64,000 nt of DNA, from NCBI RefSeq assembly GCF_001194135.2, contig NC_068982.1, forward strand, positions 125,880,698 through 125,944,697, given 5' to 3'. A program made the translations under genes and the position numbers. Positions 58,672 through 64,000 of the stretch are shown here, in pieces (position 1 is the stretch's first letter; the number at the start of each line of letters is the position of its first letter). The stretch is from Octopus bimaculoides (lineage: Eukaryota). The notes below the pieces were generated by a model. It did not search any database. It saw nothing but the letters and a program-made list of their open reading frames with translations, and was not told the DNA's origin.

Positions 58672-61593
58672 CATTGAAAACTACCTTAGGAATGAGAACC
58701 CAGGTTCGAAATTTCCCCAAAACACCTGATGAAGGCTGGAGGGTATATCAGCCGAAACGTTATGTTAACAACAAACAAGATGAGGACAACTGTTGACTTC
58801 AGCCACATTAAACGTATACAAAATCAGCTATCAACTGGAATAGCTAAATTTCCAACTTTGCTGATGGGATTAGTATTGCAGTTACCTGTCTAAATTTACT
58901 GGTCATTACAGCTAATGAACATTTACTATTGTAATATGTTTTCAATAATGAACATAATCATTATTTAGGTGAGTAATTAAAAAAGTGTAGTATATCTGTG
59001 TTATTATTTGTCCTCTTTTCTTTTACAGCTGAAACAAACACATCAACTTACTGTAGATGAAATCTTAACCTTAAAACCACTTTTCGAAGATTACCCATGT
59101 CATATAAACAAAATTTCCATTGCTTATTTAGTAAGTACTTTCTCTTTTTTTTAAGTATTGCAATTTATTTTGGGAAATTTGAATGTGTTTCACCAAATTT
59201 TGGGAAAATAAAAAGGAAAATTTATTTTGAAAATAGTTGGGTATTGTTTTGTGCATCATAAAAATGATAAACACATCACTTTCTAATAATCCGATTATAT
59301 TCAGATAGTGTAAATTCGCTTAGGTGCACTAATTCCCACTATCCATTCATTCTTACTCCTTTTATTTCATACTCAAGCACAAAATTTGATATTTAGCAAA
59401 TTATAGTTAAAATTTTCAAGGGAGGTTACTCTGTTACAAAGTATCGCTTCTTGCAGAAGAAGTCTTTTGCATTGCAAGTTTGAAATTGTGATGTCCAGAA
59501 TAAAAGTTTTCCATTTTCCTTTCTCACTGTATTTTGATATTGTAAAACTTGTCAAATGATTGGTACAAATTTGTCTCTTCATTCAAAATTAAGTTTAAAT
59601 AATTTTTATGTTCGTTGCCAGTACCGCTGGACTGGCTCCTGTGCAGGTGGCACGTAACATACACCATTTCGAGCGTGGCTGTTGCCAGTACCTCCTGACT
59701 GGCCTTCGTGCCGGTGGCACATAAAAGCACCCACTACACTCTCGGAGTGGTTGGCGTTAGGAAGGGCATCTAGCTGTAGAAACTCTGCCAAATCAGATTG
59801 GAGCCTGGTGCAGCCATCTGGTTCACCAGTTCTCAGTCCTTTAGCAATTCAATTCCTTTCACTCTTCTGTTCTCACTTTAATGATTCTCTTACTTTCCAG
59901 AGACAACTAGCCATGTGCAATGGACTTTCGATGCGCCGGTCAAAACTTGTGGACGATACTCTTTTATTACATTATATAGACCTAGCTATAGGTCGAGAAG
60001 GTATTGAGAATCTTTCATCCCAAGATCTGTCTAAGGTTAGTACTAACTTGTGCTAAACTCTCATTTTCACTCTTCCCCCTCTCTCTCCCTGTCTTCCTCC
60101 CCCTCTCCCCCTTGTTGTCGTCATCATCGTTATCATCATCATCACCACAGTTAATTACATCAAATTCATATACCATGATAGATTAGTAGGAAAGGATCCA
60201 AAGAATCTAATAAACTTTTAACTCGTATTTTAAACCCAGCCTATTTTGCTCGAGTCAGCTATAAGCAGTTTAAGATACACAGAGCCTGCAATGAAGCTAG
60301 TGTCTGTCCAACTACTTATTACAGCTACTGGATCTGTCATGCAGTGTCACTTTTCATAAGACATTACGCACTTTTTTCAGCCTGTAAGACCTCATAGCAT
60401 TGTTGTTAAAGCAGTATGAAAAATGATGTTGAACATTTCCATATATGACTTTAGAATCCATGCTGTTGAACCCTTTTGTTACCATATTTCTATTGAAATA
60501 CACTGATTCAATTAAATTTTAGAATCATGAAGAATTTAGTAAAATAATTGTCATTATCAAAATGATGTTTGGAACAATTTATCATGAAATTTTGATGGAA
60601 GATTTGGATTTAGATCACTAAAACCAGAAGATTTTTCATGAAATCAAGAGAAATTCATGGCAGATAGCATAAAAAGGGTTGAAAAACCTTCTTACATTCA
60701 GCTGTTGGAATCTGGAGCAATGTTTTTGCAACTGCAGTTAGAAATTTCTATGGTAATATGATGAAAGCATTCTAGAATAATCATCATCATCATCGTTTAG
60801 TGTCCGCTTTCCATGCTGGCATGGGTTGGACTATTTGACTGAGGACTGGCGAACCAGATGGCTGCACCAGGCTCCAATCTGATCTGGCAGAGTTTCTANN
60901 NNNNNNNNCCAGGCTCCAATCTGATCTGGCAGAGTTTCTACAGCTGGATGCCCTTCCTAACGTCAACCACTCCGAGAGTGTAGTGGGTGCTTTTACGTGC
61001 CACCGGCACAAAGGCCAGTCAGGCAGAACTGACAACAGCCATGCTCAAGTGGTGTTTTTCATGTGCCACCTGCACAGGAGCCAGTCCAGTGGCACTGGCA
61101 ACGACCTCGCTCGAATGTTTTTTCACGTGCCACCAGCAGAAGTAATATTCATAAGTATCTCCAGTCACTTGGGCTTTTTAAACTGTATTGGATGGATTTC
61201 ATTTTACCCCATGGCAAAAATGTCATATGAGACTTGTTCACAATTATATTGATATGAAAATGTAATTCTTCCAGAGTAAGTCAACCAATGTAGACTATGC
61301 ACAAAGTATTTCTTCTTTAGTTCATCCTGCACATAGATTATATTCTAACACTGCTACAATACTTCATTGTTTTATTGTCAATATTTTCTTATCTTGTTAA
61401 TCTTGATTAACTCTTCTTACAATGTTATACTGAACCCAGAACACTGGTTTCCATTCATATCATATTGACTAACCTGATTTTGTCTTCTATTTCCAGGCAT
61501 GCTATGATCGGTTTTTAAATCCAGTAGGTGTCCCTCATAAAGAACAATTACGTCATCTTTGTCAATGGTTAGAAATCAGCAAAGAAGTTGACG
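42803..61593 (+). CDS. LETMD1: LETM1 domain-containing protein 1 (mitochondrial), 3'-partial. join(42803-42948,51245-51399,52371-52483,54093-54175,57891-58080,59029-59130,59901-60035,61497-61593)
   Basis: Phase-consistent GT-AG chain. Motifs are collinear with LETMD1 as I recall it: [77 protein letters not shown]. The N-terminus is Arg/Ser/Thr-rich and lacks acidic residues, like a mitochondrial presequence. The last exon was not found in the window. Confidence 0.9.
46290..46560. repeat. Compound (TA)n/(TG)n microsatellite
   Basis: Direct reading. Confidence 0.95.
48662..48983 (-). mobile_element. SINE (head H2 + tail T1); related copy 1212-1533
   Basis: Body gtgtccttgagcaagacactttatttca.gttgctccagtccactcagctggcaaaaatgagt followed by tail T1. 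Confidence 0.85.
49407..50310 (+). mobile_element. RTE-clade LINE fragment with a PHD-like finger inside the RT
   Basis: 307-aa ORF: [26 protein letters not shown]-[C4HC3 insert][10 protein letters not shown], AMLHGSETW. Confidence 0.92.
50345..50806 (+). mobile_element. (GAT)n-tailed retroposon family E with internal ~66-bp tandem array
   Basis: aagcacccactacactctc..ggttggc.ttaggaagggcatccag...ccatgctagcatggaaagcggacgttaaacgatgatgat. Copies at about 45655-45749, 46667-46757(-), 49235-49365(-), 55732-55945(-), 57203-57308, 57545-57770(-), 59610-59838, 60781-61139(-), 62473-62627. Confidence 0.88.
51245..51399 (+). CDS. LETMD1: LETMD1 exon 2
   Basis: tgtcag|G TAC ... GTT G|gtaagc; [51 protein letters not shown]. 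Confidence 0.9.
52371..52483 (+). CDS. LETMD1: LETMD1 exon 3
   Basis: tttcag|GT ... CAA|gtaagt; [38 protein letters not shown]. Confidence 0.9.
53970..54038. repeat. (GTT)n about 55 nt upstream of LETMD1 exon 4
   Basis: Direct reading. Confidence 0.95.
54093..54175 (+). CDS. LETMD1: LETMD1 exon 4
   Basis: cttcag|TAT ... ATC GC|gtaagt; [27 protein letters not shown]. Confidence 0.92.
54605..54815 (-). mobile_element. SINE (head H2 + tail T2); related copy 14800-15023
   Basis: H2 body joined to gactagcatcccatcca...aaactaggaaacc (T2). Confidence 0.75.
56187..56414 (-). mobile_element. Mariner-derived MITE
   Basis: TA TSD; ~30-bp TIR TTGGGTTGTCC(A/T)GAAAGTT(CA/TG)TGCCGATTT; minus-strand remnant [26 protein letters not shown]. 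Confidence 0.9.
56801..57018. mobile_element. piggyBac-like MITE nested in a SINE tail
   Basis: TTAA|CCCTTTGGC ... GCCAAAGGG|TTAA; the SINE tail resumes on both sides. Confidence 0.85.
57891..58080 (+). CDS. LETMD1: LETMD1 exon 5
   Basis: aattag|G TAC ... AAA|gtaaga; [30 protein letters not shown]...LQLAISK. Confidence 0.92.
58721..58766 (+). ncRNA. Hammerhead-like motif (second copy 22737-22780)
   Basis: AACAC CTGATGA a GGCTG gagggtatat CAGCC GAAAC GTT ATGTT; one stem I mismatch. The 22.7-kb copy is 3 nt shorter after GAAAC. Confidence 0.65.
59029..59130 (+). CDS. LETMD1: LETMD1 exon 6
   Basis: ttacag|CTG ... TTA|gtaagt; [34 protein letters not shown]. Confidence 0.88.
59901..60035 (+). 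CDS. LETMD1: LETMD1 exon 7
   Basis: ttccag|AGA ... AAG|gttagt; [45 protein letters not shown]. Confidence 0.9.
60471..60678. mobile_element. Degenerate piggyBac-like MITE
   Basis: ttgaa|CCCTTTTG ... AAAAAGGG|ttgaa; imperfect TSD and TIR. Confidence 0.45.
61497..61593 (+). CDS. LETMD1: LETMD1 exon 8
   Basis: ttccag|GCA ... GAC G|gtaagt; [32 protein letters not shown]. Confidence 0.9.
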
Positions 61594-61902
61594 GTAAGTC
61601 AACATATGATATTGTTGCTGTACCTGTTTCAAATGTATTATATGCTGTGTTGTAATTGTTGAATTATGCTGTAGACTCTTTTTCAGAAACTGTGTATATA
61701 TAATATTGTATTGCTGTGTAGATAGTATAGCTAGCTATGTTTTATATATATATATATATATAACCAGCCGAAATTGCAAAGATAATCTGGAACTCGACTG
61801 AGGAAAGAAAACTCTGAATGCCCCGTCCTTGTTTTCTTTGTATCGTCTATCTGGATGTTTTGTTGTCCTTTTCTTGTGCGTTCTTGAACCATTTTGTATT
61901 TT

Positions 61903-61955
<53 letters not shown>

Positions 61956-62625
61956 ACACACACACATCATAACATATATGCGCAAACATTTTGAGGGGCT
62001 GTCTGGTGTATATAATATTGAAATATTAAAATAAGGAACCTGTGTATCAATCGAAGTAATCCGTATTTCTGCATATAACTTTAACTTGCTCCATTTTAAA
62101 CAAAACTGTCCAACGAGCAGGAACATGAAACTCTGAGTAACAGTTTTTGTGATATCTTTGCTGCTTTTATATCGCTGTATGAACCAGACTGTCAGATTTT
62201 ATACTCTGCTGGACACAATATACTTCCTTGCATTGTTGTAACTTTCCAAATGATGCCATCCTGCTTGTTAGGCGGTCAGGCCAACATTCCCCTTGACTTG
62301 AATGACTGTCCTGTCCACTGCAGGGTTGTTCATTTACAGCTCAGTGGACTAGAACAACATAAAATGAAGTGTTTTGCTCAAGAACACAATGCATTGCCAG
62401 TCTGGGAATTGAAACTATGAGATTGAGATCATGAGTGCAACACCCTAATAACTTGGTCACATGGCTTTACAAAAAGCACCCACTACACTCTCGGAATGGC
62501 TGGCGTTAGGAAGGGCATCCAGCTGTAGAAACCTTGCCAGATCAGCCTCCTGCCTTGCCAGTCCTCGGTCAAACCATCCAACCCATGCCAGCATGGAAAG
62601 CGGATGTTAAACGATGATGATGATG

Positions 62626-62664
<39 letters not shown>

Positions 62665-62760
62665 TTCAGGGTAGTAAAATATTATTTAGAAATTTTTTAC
62701 CACCGTGGCCTAGCGTGTAGAAAAACTAGTCAATAGACTATATATTATTCATTATATATA

Positions 62761-62965
62761 CAGTGTACATTTAAACACATAAGAGATGGCCATAATTGGA
62801 CATCCAAACTGCTAGAAGGAGTAGTTAAAATCCAAACCATAATTAGGGGTAATTCTGAAAGGGAATGAAAAACAAAAACATTTACCATCTATTTTCTGGA
62901 CCATGGTTTCAAGCTATCTTCAGTAAATAAAGTAGGCCATCTCTTATGTGTTTAAATGTACACTG
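62761..62965. mobile_element. 205-bp element with perfect 31-bp terminal inverted repeats, inserted in (TA)n
   Basis: CAGTGTACATTTAAACACATAAGAGATGGCC (62761-62791) and its exact reverse complement (62935-62965). Confidence 0.9.
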
Positions 62966-64000
62966 TATATATATATATATATATACATATATCTTTGTAC
63001 TACATGGACTATGCAAGTATACCATAGTATTATATAGGTTGTGTAGATGTAACATGTACAATCTATACCATAGTATTGTACAGATATTGTGCTATTTTCC
63101 TATTTTTTTTCATGGTTTGGTCTGAAAGAAGGAGCTGTGTCATGGTCTGCAGACCCACTGAGTTTGGTGGGTTTAATGCAGTTAACGTTTCTCTTGAACA
63201 GCTGCAAATTGACAACTTCAGGAAAATGATATATTGAAGGAAAGAATTTCAGTGGGGCAACATTCTGAGAAAGAAGGACTGAGAAAAACAGATATGAGTG
63301 GCCTGGAAATTAGCCCAGTATAAGTGACAAAAGGAAGGCCTGGGAATTAGCCCAATATAAGTGACAAAAGGAGGAGAGATTAATGGGTTGGAAGTGCCTG
63401 AGTAGGAGTGGCATAAACCAACCAGCTTCAAAGCGAGAGAGGCTAATATAGTAGAGGCAGCAAAAGGAAAAAAATGGAAGTAAAAAATGGTCAGAGGTTG
63501 TATTTTAAATGATAATTAATACTTTAATCAGAGTCTTAAATGGAGTGATGATATAATAATTCCATTAACAATCGGATTAAAGTACTAACCAGGAAGAGGG
63601 AACAAAATCTAAGGGAAATAACTTCTTTGTAAATCAACAATTATTGATTTAATTCAAAATTCAAGAATATCTATTAGAATTTTAACACTCTGACACTTCT
63701 GTATAAAAGGTACAGTTGAGTTATATAAAGATTAAAACTATTCTTAAGTTTTATCACTGATTATTATCTTAGATGCTCTCCCTTTCCTATGGAAGGATAA
63801 CTGCAGTTGTGATGCATTCAAATGTAAATGCGTTCAAAATAATGGTGAAATAATGGGAAAAACAATAAAACTTGCATGTTTCTCAAAACTAAAGAAAAAT
63901 TAAAAATGACTATCAAAGTATTTCTGGAATTCAATACCTCTGCTGAGACATATCACTTTGTAGTTTAGAATTTCACTTTGCAAACATGTAGCTCTGGGTT

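Noticed and set aside
60860-60940. Direct duplication of ccaggctccaatctgatctggcagagtttcta across a 10-N gap
   Set aside because: Typical unmerged contig overlap rather than a real repeat.
63770-63905. Candidate final LETMD1 exon (cttag|AT GCT CTC...)
   Set aside because: The translation does not resemble the expected short C-terminus (SLLLH-like), so the last exon is probably outside the window.

Overview
Repeat-rich, AT-rich animal genomic DNA from a gapped scaffold. N-gaps lie at about 8222-9038, 11457-11503, 13228-13785, 21308-21868, 23070-23747, 34300-34718, 36220-36428, 46758-47312, 50807-50828 and 60899-60908. The SINE families and microsatellite load look like Octopus (recognition only, not verified by search). 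Two spliced genes on the + strand were reconstructed by hand with GT-AG introns and consistent phases. Gene 1 is 5'-truncated, has 17 exons (729..34003, 3246 nt, about 1081 aa) and encodes ARM/HEAT-like repeats, three FN3 domains and a ~695-aa Ser/Lys/Arg-rich tail; I cannot name it. Gene 2 is LETMD1, with 8 exons (42803..61593) and the last exon not found in the window. The rest is retroelements (two RTE, R4/Dong-like, HERO-like, CRE-like and Penelope-like fragments), several tRNA-derived SINE families, mariner and piggyBac-like MITEs, and microsatellites. The most notable signal is a set of hammerhead-ribozyme motifs in several different repeat contexts: a consensus-complete type I hammerhead (36641-36689, minus strand), one placed after a tRNA-like Pol III promoter at the 3' end of a Penelope-like ORF, and one inside a TIR-bounded element. 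Also notable are a PHD finger inserted in an RTE reverse transcriptase, a sharp CpG-decay boundary at about 44 kb, and 2x2 head/tail module swapping among SINEs. Most ORF-track entries are microsatellite or N-gap artefacts.
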